Program-made: the position numbers and the translations under genes
Part shown: piece by piece, positions 20,056 through 29,277 of the stretch
Layout of the letters: the number at the start of each line of letters is the position of its first letter
How positions within the stretch are numbered: the stretch's first letter is position 1
The notes under the pieces: generated by a model
Database searches by the model: none
Told to the model about the DNA's origin: nothing
The model's input: the letters and a program-made list of their open reading frames with translations, nothing else
Source of the DNA: Hyphomicrobiales bacterium
GTDB taxonomy: Bacteria > Pseudomonadota > Alphaproteobacteria > Rhizobiales > JACESI01
NCBI GenBank assembly: GCA_039973685.1
Contig: JBDWKL010000037.1
Coordinates: 11,942 to 75,941, forward strand
DNA: 64,000 nt
Direction of reading: 5' to 3'

Positions 20056-20199
20056 TTAACATGGTCTTGTGGCCCAGTTGAAAACTGGGCCACAATAAAC
20101 GCACAACAGAACATCAGCTATATGAGCCATATTTACAAAGCCGACGAGCACTAGGGTCGAAAGAACGAGTGAAGCAGCTAACAAGAGTTTCCTCAGCAT
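20056..20199 (-). CDS. Putative 47-aa membrane-anchored or secreted micro-protein
   Basis: MLRKLLLAASLVLSTLVLVGF...LLCVYCGPVFNWATRPC: basic N-terminus then a hydrophobic helix. GGGG lies just upstream of ATG 20199. Confidence 0.4.
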   Translation of the reverse strand: MLRKLLLAASLVLSTLVLVGFVNMAHIADVLLCVYCGPVFNWATRPC

Positions 20200-20347
20200 A
20201 ACCCCATCTAACAAATCATTATATTCGATGCCTGAGCGCACCACAGAACGATACAAAATCGAGTTATGACCAATTTGTTCTTAGAAGTTGAACAAAGCAG
20301 GTCACTTCGCACTTGCAATGCGCGGCGTTATTTGGTGAGTTCACGCC

Positions 20348-20965
20348 ATGACAATAAGCGATGACACACAAAGCAAAAGACTGGCCGAAAAAGCACGTGA
20401 ACGTTCACTCACGTTGAGCTTGCCTAATCTTTTGACCTACGGACGTATTTTGGCAGTTCCAGCCGTCGTTGGCTGCTTCTTTATCGATGGGGTGATCAGC
20501 AACTGGATTGCCTTTATCCTGTTCGTTGCGGCTAGCATTACAGATTGGTTGGATGGCTATTTAGCGCGCGCTTGGTCGCAGCAATCAGCGCTTGGCCGCA
20601 TGTTAGATCCCATCGCCGATAAACTACTGATTGCAGGCTGTCTGCTTTGCCTTTGTGCCTTTGGCGTTATTGCCTCATGGTCGATATGGGCGGCTGTCAT
20701 TATCTTGTTCCGCGAAATTGCTGTTTCGGGCTTGCGCGAGTTTTTAGCGTCACTACAGGCCAGCGTTCCTGTGTCTAGGCTTGCCAAGTGGAAGACAGCT
20801 ATTCAGATGATCTCACTCGCGGTGCTTTTGATAGGCCCTGCCCTTCACCCGCTCATCACAGACTTGGGCATTGCTCTTTTGTGGATTGCAGCACTGGTCA
20901 CTTTGATTACGGGCTACGATTATTTCCGCGCTGGCCTTCGTCACCTGCTTGAGGATGAAGTATGA
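20348..20965 (+). CDS. pgsA: CDP-diacylglycerol--glycerol-3-phosphate 3-phosphatidyltransferase
   Basis: LPNLLT and the CDP-alcohol phosphotransferase motif DWLDGYLAR...GRMLDPIADK. Confidence 0.96.
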   Translation: MTISDDTQSKRLAEKARERSLTLSLPNLLTYGRILAVPAVVGCFFIDGVISNWIAFILFVAASITDWLDGYLARAWSQQSALGRMLDPIADKLLIAGCLLCLCAFGVIASWSIWAAVIILFREIAVSGLREFLASLQASVPVSRLAKWKTAIQMISLAVLLIGPALHPLITDLGIALLWIAALVTLITGYDYFRAGLRHLLEDEV

Positions 20966-21210
20966 AGCTCGTTTATTTTGCATGGGTGCGCGAACAAGTA
21001 GGCCTTGGTGAGGAAACCGTTGAGCTGCCTGATAGTGTCGCCACGATTGCCGATCTTATGGCCTGGCTTGCAACGCGCGGCGATGAATATGCGATATTTG
21101 AAAATGCCCATGCGCTTCGTGCTGCCATCAATCATGAGCACGTTGAGCACGCTGAGCCGATAAAGGGCGCCAATGAGATCGCGATCTTCCCACCGATGAC
21201 AGGTGGATGA
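20962..21210 (+). CDS. moaD: Molybdopterin synthase sulfur carrier subunit
   Basis: YFAWVRE at the start and C-terminal FPPMTGG. Confidence 0.96.
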   Translation: MKLVYFAWVREQVGLGEETVELPDSVATIADLMAWLATRGDEYAIFENAHALRAAINHEHVEHAEPIKGANEIAIFPPMTGG

Positions 21211-21680
21211 TCATGGCTGATATCACTGTTCGCATTCAATCAGAGCCGTTCGATATCAATGCTGAAAGCCAACGCATGACAGGGAGCGATCATCCCAATG
21301 TGGGCGCACTCGTCACCTTCACTGGCTATTGTCGCAATGAAGACGGCACAATAAGCACCCTAGAGCTTGATCATTACCCCGGCATGGCAGAGCGCGAAAT
21401 CACCCGCATAGCTGAAGACGCAGCAAAGCGCTGGCCGCTTGATGCTATCACCGCAATCCATCGCTTTGGCAAAATGGATACGGGCGATCCAATCGTTCTG
21501 GTCGCCGCCAGTTCCCGCCATCGCCGTGCTGCTTTTGAAGGCGCTGAATATGTGATGGACTTCCTTAAAACCCGCGCGCCGTTTTGGAAAAAAGAGCACC
21601 TGACAAGCGGTGATGAAAGCACGTGGGTTGATGCGAAAGAGGCTGACGATGAAGCCCTCACCCGCTGGGATAAGTCATAA
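21207..21680 (+). CDS. moaE: Molybdopterin synthase catalytic subunit
   Basis: GALVTFTG, HYPGMAE, HRFG and MDFLKTRAPFWKKE motifs. Confidence 0.96.
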   Translation: MIMADITVRIQSEPFDINAESQRMTGSDHPNVGALVTFTGYCRNEDGTISTLELDHYPGMAEREITRIAEDAAKRWPLDAITAIHRFGKMDTGDPIVLVAASSRHRRAAFEGAEYVMDFLKTRAPFWKKEHLTSGDESTWVDAKEADDEALTRWDKS

Positions 21681-21689
21681 CCCCCAAAC

Positions 21690-21720
21690 AAAAAAGGCGG
21701 CCCCGATGGACCGCCTCTTT
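21690..21720 (-). terminator. Intrinsic terminator for ndk, possibly bidirectional with moaE
   Basis: Minus strand reads AGGCGGTCC-ATCG-GGGCCGCCT-TTTTT. Confidence 0.8.
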
Positions 21721-21740
21721 CAAAATTCTATAAGTTTGGC

Positions 21741-22163
21741 TTAGCCAGCGATATCGCGGCCAGCAAACCAGAATGCGATTTCTTCAGCAGCTGTTTCAGG
21801 TGCATCTGAACCGTGTACTGAGTTTTCACCGATTGAAAGTGCAACCGCTTTACGGATTGTGCCTTCGTCAGCTTCAGCTGGGTTTGTTGCACCCATTACT
21901 TCGCGGTTTTTCAAAATCGCGTTTTCGCCTTCAAGAACCTGAACAACTGTTGGGCCTGAAGACATGAATTCTGTCAATTCACCGAAGAAAGGACGGTCTT
22001 TGTGTACTGCGTAGAATGCTTCTGCATCGCGCAAAGACATGTGAACACGGCGAGAAGCCACGACACGGAGGCCAGCTTCTTCAAGCATCGCTGTGATTTT
22101 GCCAGTTAGGTTACGAGCCGTTGCGTCCGGCTTGATCATTGAAAATGTGCGCTCAATCGCCAT
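21741..22163 (-). CDS. ndk: Nucleoside diphosphate kinase
   Basis: [16 protein letters not shown] and NSVHGSD (active-site His). Confidence 0.98.
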   Translation of the reverse strand: MAIERTFSMIKPDATARNLTGKITAMLEEAGLRVVASRRVHMSLRDAEAFYAVHKDRPFFGELTEFMSSGPTVVQVLEGENAILKNREVMGATNPAEADEGTIRKAVALSIGENSVHGSDAPETAAEEIAFWFAGRDIAG

Positions 22164-22264
22164 TGTTTTCGTCCTGTATTAATGAAAGAGGGAAAGGATT
22201 GGCTGCTCTATACAGCCGTGTCCGCCCTTCGACAAGAGCGGACACGCGCAATTCGTATAAAAGA

Positions 22265-22936
22265 CTAAACGCCTGCGTACATCGCGTCGATGCGTTCAAA
22301 CCATGCTTTAACCGGATCATCGCTTGCGAAAATCTCAAATTCAGCAATTTCGTTGAACCATTTTAGCGTGCCAAATACGATGTAATCAGCATAAATTGGG
22401 TTTTCACCGCCAATAAAGGCTTGGCCGCCAAGTGTTGCGCGCAATGGTGTGAGCGCTGTGCGGAAGTTTTCAATACGGTCATCACGGCCTGCTTGAACTT
22501 CTTCCAACGTTTTACCGATCATTTTCTCGCGGCTTTCGCGGAAGTACTTTTGATCAGGCTCAGCCAAAACATCATGGATATCTTTGATAATCAGGCCAAC
22601 AATAACAGGCGCCAATTGTGTATTTGCCCAGTTTTGCACGAATTGCGCTGTGGCAATTGCTTCTGCGCTACCGAAAAGTGTTGGTGCGTCTGGGTATTTC
22701 TCATCGAGGTAAACAGCGATCTTGAATGAATCGTTGATCTCTTCGCCACCATCAACAATGGTAGGCACAGTTTTCGCTTCGCCTTTAACAACTTCTTTGA
22801 TCTTCGTAAAAGGCGTACCAACCGCATCAAAAGCAAGCTTCTTGTGATTAAGCGCTAGTTTTGTGCGCCAGCAAGTTGGGGAAAAGCGGAGACTTTCGTC
22901 TGCGCCGCACAGATCATAAACAGTGATAGACATCAA
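22265..22936 (-). CDS. Glutathione S-transferase, LigE/beta-etherase-like subfamily
   Basis: ITVYDL..RFSPTCWRTKLALNHK, TVP, DSFKIAVYLD, YFRESRE and PIYADY motifs. Confidence 0.85.
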   Translation of the reverse strand: MMSITVYDLCGADESLRFSPTCWRTKLALNHKKLAFDAVGTPFTKIKEVVKGEAKTVPTIVDGGEEINDSFKIAVYLDEKYPDAPTLFGSAEAIATAQFVQNWANTQLAPVIVGLIIKDIHDVLAEPDQKYFRESREKMIGKTLEEVQAGRDDRIENFRTALTPLRATLGGQAFIGGENPIYADYIVFGTLKWFNEIAEFEIFASDDPVKAWFERIDAMYAGV

Positions 22937-23110
22937 AAAACTTTCTTGGTTTTCGCGTATTTTACGCGTGAGATAAATTCTAGAGTGGTGAAGGCTTCGA
23001 TATTATGTAGCCGCATACTATCCACATGGTGTGATAACGATTATAGACAAGCGAAAATAGAGAAATCTTTCTCGATCACACGACTTTGAACACAAAAAGA
23101 CCGCCACACC

Positions 23111-25012
23111 ATGCTCCACATAAACGATGTCACGTTCCACATTGGCGGTCGCACGCTTTTAGATAAAGCAACTGTCGCGATTACCACGGGCATGAAAGCT
23201 GGCCTTGTCGGCAAAAACGGCACGGGTAAATCGACGTTATTCAAGCTGATTACAGAAGAACTAAGCCCTGTCACTGGTGATATTTCGGTCAATAAAGGCG
23301 CCCGCTTTGGGCAGGTGGCTCAAGAAGCACCAGGCAATGAGGTTTCGCTGATCGACACAGTGCTTGCAGCGGACACAGAACGCGCTGCCTTGCTTGCAGA
23401 AGCAGAGACGGCAACTGATCCAAACCGCATTTCAGATATTCAGCTGCGGCTAACCGACATTGATGCCCATTCAGCCGAATCGCGAGCGGGTTCAATCCTT
23501 CATGGCCTTGGTTTTGACGCTGAAACCCAAAAACGCCCCTGCTCTGAGTTTTCCGGCGGTTGGCGTATGCGCGTGGCCTTGGCAGCAGTGCTCTTTTCTG
23601 AGCCTGACCTACTGCTGCTTGATGAGCCAACCAACTATCTCGACCTTGAAGGTACGCTTTGGCTTGAGAATTATATCAATCGCTATCCTTACACAGTGTT
23701 CTTGATCAGCCACGACCGCGATCTTTTGAACAAATGCGTCAACACAATCATTCACCTCGATCAAACCAAGCTCACTGTCTACAAAGGCAATTACGAAGTC
23801 TTCGACAAGCAGCGCCGCGAGCGCCAAGCGCTTCAGTTGAAATTGAAGTCAAAGCAAGATGATCAGCGCCGCCACATGGAAGCCTTTGTTGAACGGTTCC
23901 GCGCTAAAGCAACCAAAGCAAAACAAGCCCAAAGCCGTCTTAAAGCATTGCAAAAGATGGAACCGATTTCGGCCATGGTGGATGACCATATCCAACCATT
24001 CAACTTTCCAAATCCGAAAAAGCGCCTCTCCCCTCCGATGATCCACATTGAAGAGGGTAAAGTTGGCTATGTCGAAAACCAACACATTCTAACGAAGGTC
24101 AATGTTTCTCTTGGACCAGATGATCGGATTGGCCTGCTTGGTGCCAACGGCAACGGTAAGTCGACAATGGCGAAACTTCTTTCAGGCCGCTTAGACCTGC
24201 AAGAAGGCCATATGAAGCGGACGCACAAGATGGAGATTGCCTACTTCGCGCAGCACCAGCTTGATGAGCTTCGCCCGAAAGAAAGCGCCTATGAGCACAT
24301 CAAGAAAATGATGGATGATGCGGTGCCTGATGGCGTGTCAGAAGCACAAGCACGTGCTCGTGTTGCGCAGATCGGCCTTGATCGCTCCAAGATGGATACG
24401 CCAGCACAAGACCTCTCAGGCGGCGAGAAAGCCCGCCTCCTGCTTGGCCTTGCGACTTTCAACGGTGCTCACCTGCTGATTATGGATGAACCGACCAACC
24501 ACCTTGATATTGATAGCCGCGAGGCGCTGGTTCATGCGCTGAATGATTATGAAGGCGCCGTGATCATCATCAGCCACGATCGCCACCTCTTAGAAGCCTC
24601 CGCAGATCGGCTTTGGCTTGTGGCAGATGGCACGGTCAAACCTTATGAGGGCGACCTAGAAGAATACCGTCGCTATATTCTAGACAGCAAAAAGACATCG
24701 AAGAAAAAATCTGATGCGTCGATTGCGCGGGAGCAAGAAAAGACCGCCCAAGAAAAGCGTAAAAATGCCGCGCAAAAGCGGGCATCAGTTGCTCCATTGA
24801 AAGAGAAAATTCGAACGCTTGAAAAGCAGATGGCACTGCTAGAGAAAAAGCTCGCCCTAGCCGACGAAAAACTCGCCATGCCGAACCTTTTCAGAGACTT
24901 CCCAGAAAAAGCAGCTCAACTCGGAAAAATTAGAGCGCGTTTGGTCGGCGAAATGGCGCAGGCTGAAGAAGAATGGCTTGAGGCTGGGGCGCAGTTGGAA
25001 GAAAGCGTTTAA
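23111..25012 (+). CDS. ABC-F family ATP-binding protein (YheS-like)
   Basis: Two ABC domains (GKNGTGKST/FSGGWRMR/DEPTNYLD and GANGNGKST/LSGGEK/DEPTNHLD), no TM segments, C-terminal coiled coil. Confidence 0.95.
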   Translation: MLHINDVTFHIGGRTLLDKATVAITTGMKAGLVGKNGTGKSTLFKLITEELSPVTGDISVNKGARFGQVAQEAPGNEVSLIDTVLAADTERAALLAEAETATDPNRISDIQLRLTDIDAHSAESRAGSILHGLGFDAETQKRPCSEFSGGWRMRVALAAVLFSEPDLLLLDEPTNYLDLEGTLWLENYINRYPYTVFLISHDRDLLNKCVNTIIHLDQTKLTVYKGNYEVFDKQRRERQALQLKLKSKQDDQRRHMEAFVERFRAKATKAKQAQSRLKALQKMEPISAMVDDHIQPFNFPNPKKRLSPPMIHIEEGKVGYVENQHILTKVNVSLGPDDRIGLLGANGNGKSTMAKLLSGRLDLQEGHMKRTHKMEIAYFAQHQLDELRPKESAYEHIKKMMDDAVPDGVSEAQARARVAQIGLDRSKMDTPAQDLSGGEKARLLLGLATFNGAHLLIMDEPTNHLDIDSREALVHALNDYEGAVIIISHDRHLLEASADRLWLVADGTVKPYEGDLEEYRRYILDSKKTSKKKSDASIAREQEKTAQEKRKNAAQKRASVAPLKEKIRTLEKQMALLEKKLALADEKLAMPNLFRDFPEKAAQLGKIRARLVGEMAQAEEEWLEAGAQLEESV

Positions 25013-25027
25013 GAGCGATAAGAAGCG

Positions 25028-25618
25028 CTACGCTTGCAGCTTATGACCCAGATGCGCCTTTACCGTCGGCCATTCTGGGGCGATGATGGAATAGACAGCA
25101 GTATCGCGGATGGTGCCATTTGCCATTACCATATGAGCGCGGATAATACCGTCGAACTTCGCCCCTAGCCGTTCAATTGCACGACGTGAAGACTCGTTGA
25201 CCACATGGGTTCTAAATTCAACGGCAATACAATCAAGCGCTTCAAATGCGTGAGTTAGGAGAAGCAGTTTGCACTCTGTGTTGAGCGGCGTGCGTTGCAC
25301 CGACTTTCGATACCAAGTCATTCCAATTTCAACACGACGATTTACCGCATCAATATTCATGTAAGTGGTTTGACCGACCACCTTACCGCTTGCCTTATCA
25401 ATGATCGAAAAGGGTTGCATCCATCCCGTTTCGCGCAAACCTAAACGGCGTTCAATCTCTGCTTCCATGTCGTCTGCATGCGGTATCATCGTATACCAAA
25501 GACGGTGCAGTTCCCCATCGCGAACGGCTTCTTTCAAATCATCAAGATGATGACGTTCAAGCGGCACCACATCAACGTGTTGTCCACTTAACGAAAAGGT
25601 CTCGGGCCAAACTGACAT
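25028..25618 (-). CDS. GNAT family N-acetyltransferase (RimJ/RimL-like)
   Basis: RVEIGMTW, NTECKLLLL.HAF, N..SRRAIERLGA and RDT..YSI motifs. Start at ATG 25618. Confidence 0.9.
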   Translation of the reverse strand: MSVWPETFSLSGQHVDVVPLERHHLDDLKEAVRDGELHRLWYTMIPHADDMEAEIERRLGLRETGWMQPFSIIDKASGKVVGQTTYMNIDAVNRRVEIGMTWYRKSVQRTPLNTECKLLLLTHAFEALDCIAVEFRTHVVNESSRRAIERLGAKFDGIIRAHMVMANGTIRDTAVYSIIAPEWPTVKAHLGHKLQA

Positions 25619-25619
25619 T

Positions 25620-26312
25620 TCATCTACGTTCCCAAATAGCAAAACTGTGCGGAATTTCGCGGTCACCGCGCTTCACCGTAAAGCGCTTGTCTGAGAGCTT
25701 AGTAAGGCCGTGTTTTGCTGGTAGGTCCAAATGCTGTTCTTGCAGTGGCCACGGAGGACCATTTGCAGTAGCCCCATTGTCGCGCATTCTTGTGTAGATC
25801 AGCAACTTGCCTTTAGGGGCGACTAGATCGCAGATTGCTTTGGTACTGCCCTCAATCATGCCCTCCGGCAATGCTTGCAAGGTGTAACATTCATGGACGA
25901 GATCAAACCCTTGCTGCCATTCACGAGGCAGATTAAATAGGTCAGCTGCTTGATAGGTTACATCGCTGTTTAAAAAGCGCTTTTTCGCCCATTCGATAGC
26001 TTTTTCTACCACATCAAACGCGGTCACTTGGTAGCCATGCGCTGCCATCGCTTCAGCATTATCGCCAAGGCCACAGGCAACATCAATAGCGCGCCGCCCC
26101 TCGCCTGCATGAGATTCTAGATAGCTCACTAAATCATCTTTTGGCGCAAGGTCGGCCCACGGTATCTGGGCCTCATCGCCATTGGCTCGGTCATACACCG
26201 CGTCGAAAAAGACATTCCGACCATCGCTGTCTTCAGCATAATTTCCAGGCAAATCATCAAGTGCCGCGCGGGTTTGTTCCCGTCTTGCCGCAAAATCAGG
26301 GTCGTCGCTCAT
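25620..26312 (-). CDS. Class I SAM-dependent methyltransferase (thiopurine/thiol MT-like)
   Basis: IPW, AIDVACGLGDNA, ADLF, FDLVHECYTLQALP and GPPWPL motifs; ATGA overlap with the holC stop. Confidence 0.88.
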   Translation of the reverse strand: MSDDPDFAARREQTRAALDDLPGNYAEDSDGRNVFFDAVYDRANGDEAQIPWADLAPKDDLVSYLESHAGEGRRAIDVACGLGDNAEAMAAHGYQVTAFDVVEKAIEWAKKRFLNSDVTYQAADLFNLPREWQQGFDLVHECYTLQALPEGMIEGSTKAICDLVAPKGKLLIYTRMRDNGATANGPPWPLQEQHLDLPAKHGLTKLSDKRFTVKRGDREIPHSFAIWERR

Positions 26313-26758
26313 GCCTTCTTTTCCCATTTGCCGTATTCATTTTGCGCCCAATAGGTCACTTGATGGCCAGCTGCTTTTTCAACCTTCCAGCGCCCACGCG
26401 CATGGTTCAATTGATCATGGTCATTGCCATTAAACAAATACACCACGCGCTCATAAGAAGCAGCATCATCTACCTCCGCACCATCGACCAAAAAGCGAAT
26501 AGCCGCGCCGTTGGGGTTATCTGTTCCATCCGTCAACCAAACGGGTTGATCAGCGCCGTCGCCGTCAACGCTAGAGCCGTGCGGAAGAAAGCTCGCTTCC
26601 TTATACATCCATAGAGCATTATTGAGCGCCTCAACCCGTGCGGCGTGGCCCGTTTGCACAACGGCAGTCCAGCCCTTTGCCAAGCTCTTTTCAAGCAAAT
26701 CTGGCAATACGGCTTCAAGTGGTGTCGATAGGAGATGATAAAATAATACGTCGCTCAT
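26309..26758 (-). CDS. holC: DNA polymerase III subunit chi
   Basis: VLFYHL, LPDLLEK, LW..SFLPHG, ARGRWK and TYWAQ..GKW motifs. Confidence 0.93.
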   Translation of the reverse strand: MSDVLFYHLLSTPLEAVLPDLLEKSLAKGWTAVVQTGHAARVEALNNALWMYKEASFLPHGSSVDGDGADQPVWLTDGTDNPNGAAIRFLVDGAEVDDAASYERVVYLFNGNDHDQLNHARGRWKVEKAAGHQVTYWAQNEYGKWEKKA

Positions 26759-26905
26759 AAGGGTTTATATCTCAGAGATCTGATTTCTGCCATACAAGCT
26801 TTTTGATCATCACACATTGATGAAATTTCACGTACTCGCTTGATTATTCGCGAAAGCTGCCCCTTAATATTGGTACTGGGAACATATGGGAGTGACGGGG
26901 ACGAG

Positions 26906-27349
26906 ATGAAAAGTTTGAATTTGAAACGAACGGTTGCTGCATTTGCATTTGTTTTTGCGGGTACAACGCTAAGTTTTGCGCAAACCAATGTTAGTGTTTC
27001 ACTGGGAAACAATGGAGGAGTAGAGCCGCCACCTGCCTGCGCCTTCCCTTGCCAAGAGCCCTTCGTGCTCCCTGGTTTTGCAAGAGTTCTTGCATTGACA
27101 AACCCTGATAGCATTTATGAAACCAAGTTGAGCAGACCAGCATTTCGTCAGCAGCTTGAAGGATGGCGCAAGCGGGCAGAAGTATTCCGCCGCACCATTG
27201 AACTCAATCAGCGTAAAGCCCCTGATTGGAAGGCCGCTAATGTCATGTATTTGGTGGAAGTTGGTCGCTACCGTCAATTCGTCGAAGCATATCGCGCCGC
27301 CATTGCGTTGGATGACGCGGATGCCATCGACTACGGCGAAGGCAAGTAG
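26906..27349 (+). CDS. Exported hypothetical protein
   Basis: GGGGA RBS before ATG 26906 and a signal peptide MKSLNLKRTVAAFAFVFAGTTLSFA|Q; no family recognised. Confidence 0.65.
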   Translation: MKSLNLKRTVAAFAFVFAGTTLSFAQTNVSVSLGNNGGVEPPPACAFPCQEPFVLPGFARVLALTNPDSIYETKLSRPAFRQQLEGWRKRAEVFRRTIELNQRKAPDWKAANVMYLVEVGRYRQFVEAYRAAIALDDADAIDYGEGK

Positions 27350-27354
27350 GCTTG

Positions 27355-27387
27355 AAAAGCAAAACGCGCCGCAAGTGCGACGCGTTT
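27355..27387 (-). terminator. Intrinsic terminator after pepA, between convergent genes
   Basis: Minus strand reads AAACGCGTCGCA-CT-TGCGGCGCGTTT-TGCTTTTC. Confidence 0.65.
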
Positions 27388-27412
27388 CATTCTAATTGGT
27401 TCTAATTCCAGT

Positions 27413-28909
27413 TTAGCTTTCGTATTGGTCTCGCACCAAGCGATCCAACAGACGCACACCGAAGCCTGAAGCCCATGATTTGTTGATCTCAGTTTGTGGT
27501 GAGCCCATCGCCGTGCCAGCAATATCAATATGCGCCCAAGGCGTATCACCCACATAGCGCTTCAAGAATTGCGCAGCCGTGATTGAGCCAGCCGCCCGCG
27601 AACCAACGTTTTTCATATCAGCAAATTTTGAATCGATCAGCTTGTCGTAGTCGCTAGAAAGCGGCAAACGCCAAACATGCTCGCCTGATGCAAGACCTGC
27701 TTCGGTGATTTCAGATGACAACGCATCATCATTTGAAAACAATCCAGCATGATAATTGCCGAGAGCGATGATCACTGCACCCGTCAATGTCGCAAGATTG
27801 ATCATGAATTTAGGGTTATATGTCGTGTTGACGTAATGCAGAGCATCACAAAGAACGAGGCGACCTTCCGCATCTGTGTTGATCACTTCGATCGTTTGAC
27901 CAGACATAGACGTTACGATGTCACCTGGGCGTTGCGCGTTGCCATCTGGCATATTTTCAACAAGACCTAATACACCGATCACATTGACTTTGGCCTTACG
28001 TGCAGCAAGAGCGTGCATCAAGCCGATCACGGCAGCAGCGCCACCCATGTCGCCCTTCATGTCTTCCATGCCGCCGCCTGGTTTTAGCGAAATGCCGCCG
28101 GTATCAAACACAACACCTTTACCGATGAAGGAGATTGGCTGTTCGTCTTTCTTGCCACCCATCCATTTCATAATCGCCATGCGCGGTGGGCGAACAGAAC
28201 CTTGAGCCACACCCAAAAGTGCGCCCATCTTCAATTCACCCATTTCCTTCTCGGTGAGGATTTCAACTTCAATACCAAGGCGAGAAAGGTCACTTGCATG
28301 GGCTGCAAATTCGACGGGACCGAGGGTGTTAGCAGGCTCATTTACGAGCGTTCTCGCAAACAGAGTTCCATCGACAACCCCTTCTTCCAATTCCCATAAT
28401 TTAGCAGCATCTGCATGATTTGCTGTCACCAAAGAGACAGAAACGCTGCCTTGCTCTTCATCTGCATTATCGGAACTTGTTTTGTATTGATCAAATTTAT
28501 AGGCGCGCATTTTGATGCCGCCTGCAATCGCGATCAGCGCTTCACTATCAAAATCGACATTATCTGGACGCTCCAAAATCACGCTGACATTATCGCATTT
28601 CGAAGAAAGGATAATGCCGCCAATTTTGCCGCCTAATTTCAACCAATCTGGTTCTTCCATGTCGCTGGCATCGCCAGTACCGACGAGAACCAAGCGCTCA
28701 GCTTTAACATCGCTTGGCGACACCAAATCGAGGACCGAGAGAGATTTGCCCGTGAATTTGGTCGTATCAGCGGCGCGGCTGAAAAGGTTTTCAGGTAAAA
28801 GATTCGATGTTGCCTCACCAAGGGCGCGTTCTTCTGCGGCCAAGCCTACGACCAACTCGTTGCCGATTTTATCTAATGGTAGAAATTCGATATTTACGTC
28901 GCGCGCCAT
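27413..28909 (-). CDS. pepA: Leucyl aminopeptidase (M17)
   Basis: [25 protein letters not shown] and ATLTG motifs. Confidence 0.97.
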   Translation of the reverse strand: MARDVNIEFLPLDKIGNELVVGLAAEERALGEATSNLLPENLFSRAADTTKFTGKSLSVLDLVSPSDVKAERLVLVGTGDASDMEEPDWLKLGGKIGGIILSSKCDNVSVILERPDNVDFDSEALIAIAGGIKMRAYKFDQYKTSSDNADEEQGSVSVSLVTANHADAAKLWELEEGVVDGTLFARTLVNEPANTLGPVEFAAHASDLSRLGIEVEILTEKEMGELKMGALLGVAQGSVRPPRMAIMKWMGGKKDEQPISFIGKGVVFDTGGISLKPGGGMEDMKGDMGGAAAVIGLMHALAARKAKVNVIGVLGLVENMPDGNAQRPGDIVTSMSGQTIEVINTDAEGRLVLCDALHYVNTTYNPKFMINLATLTGAVIIALGNYHAGLFSNDDALSSEITEAGLASGEHVWRLPLSSDYDKLIDSKFADMKNVGSRAAGSITAAQFLKRYVGDTPWAHIDIAGTAMGSPQTEINKSWASGFGVRLLDRLVRDQYES

Positions 28910-29277
28910 GGGTCATCCTTCGTTGATGTTATTGCAGAGGTCTGGCTACTGGAATGTAGCTGCCGGAGTGTTTGCTTAACTTTACTTATGCCTCTCCAGC
29001 ACAGCTTGGCAAGCTTGGAACCCATTTGATTCTATCAAACCACTCACGATATGGACAAAAAGCCCGTTTCTTGACCCAAAAAACGTCTCATTTTCATAGT
29101 ACTGACGGCTCTCCTTTACCATTCGAACAAAAACATGTGTCCAGCAAACGTTAATCCCTTGTTTACCTTACTTTTTCAGGGCAAATTATCCTTGTTAGGG
29201 CAAACTGCCCTGTTCCGAAGGTGCAAAGCTTTGCACGAGCAATACTGTGATACGTATAAAAGGGCGCGCTTTCATTG

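Noticed and set aside
23111..25012. Antibiotic-resistance ABC-F
   Set aside because: The architecture and core context next to ndk fit a housekeeping YheS-like ABC-F. There is no leader peptide or mobile element.
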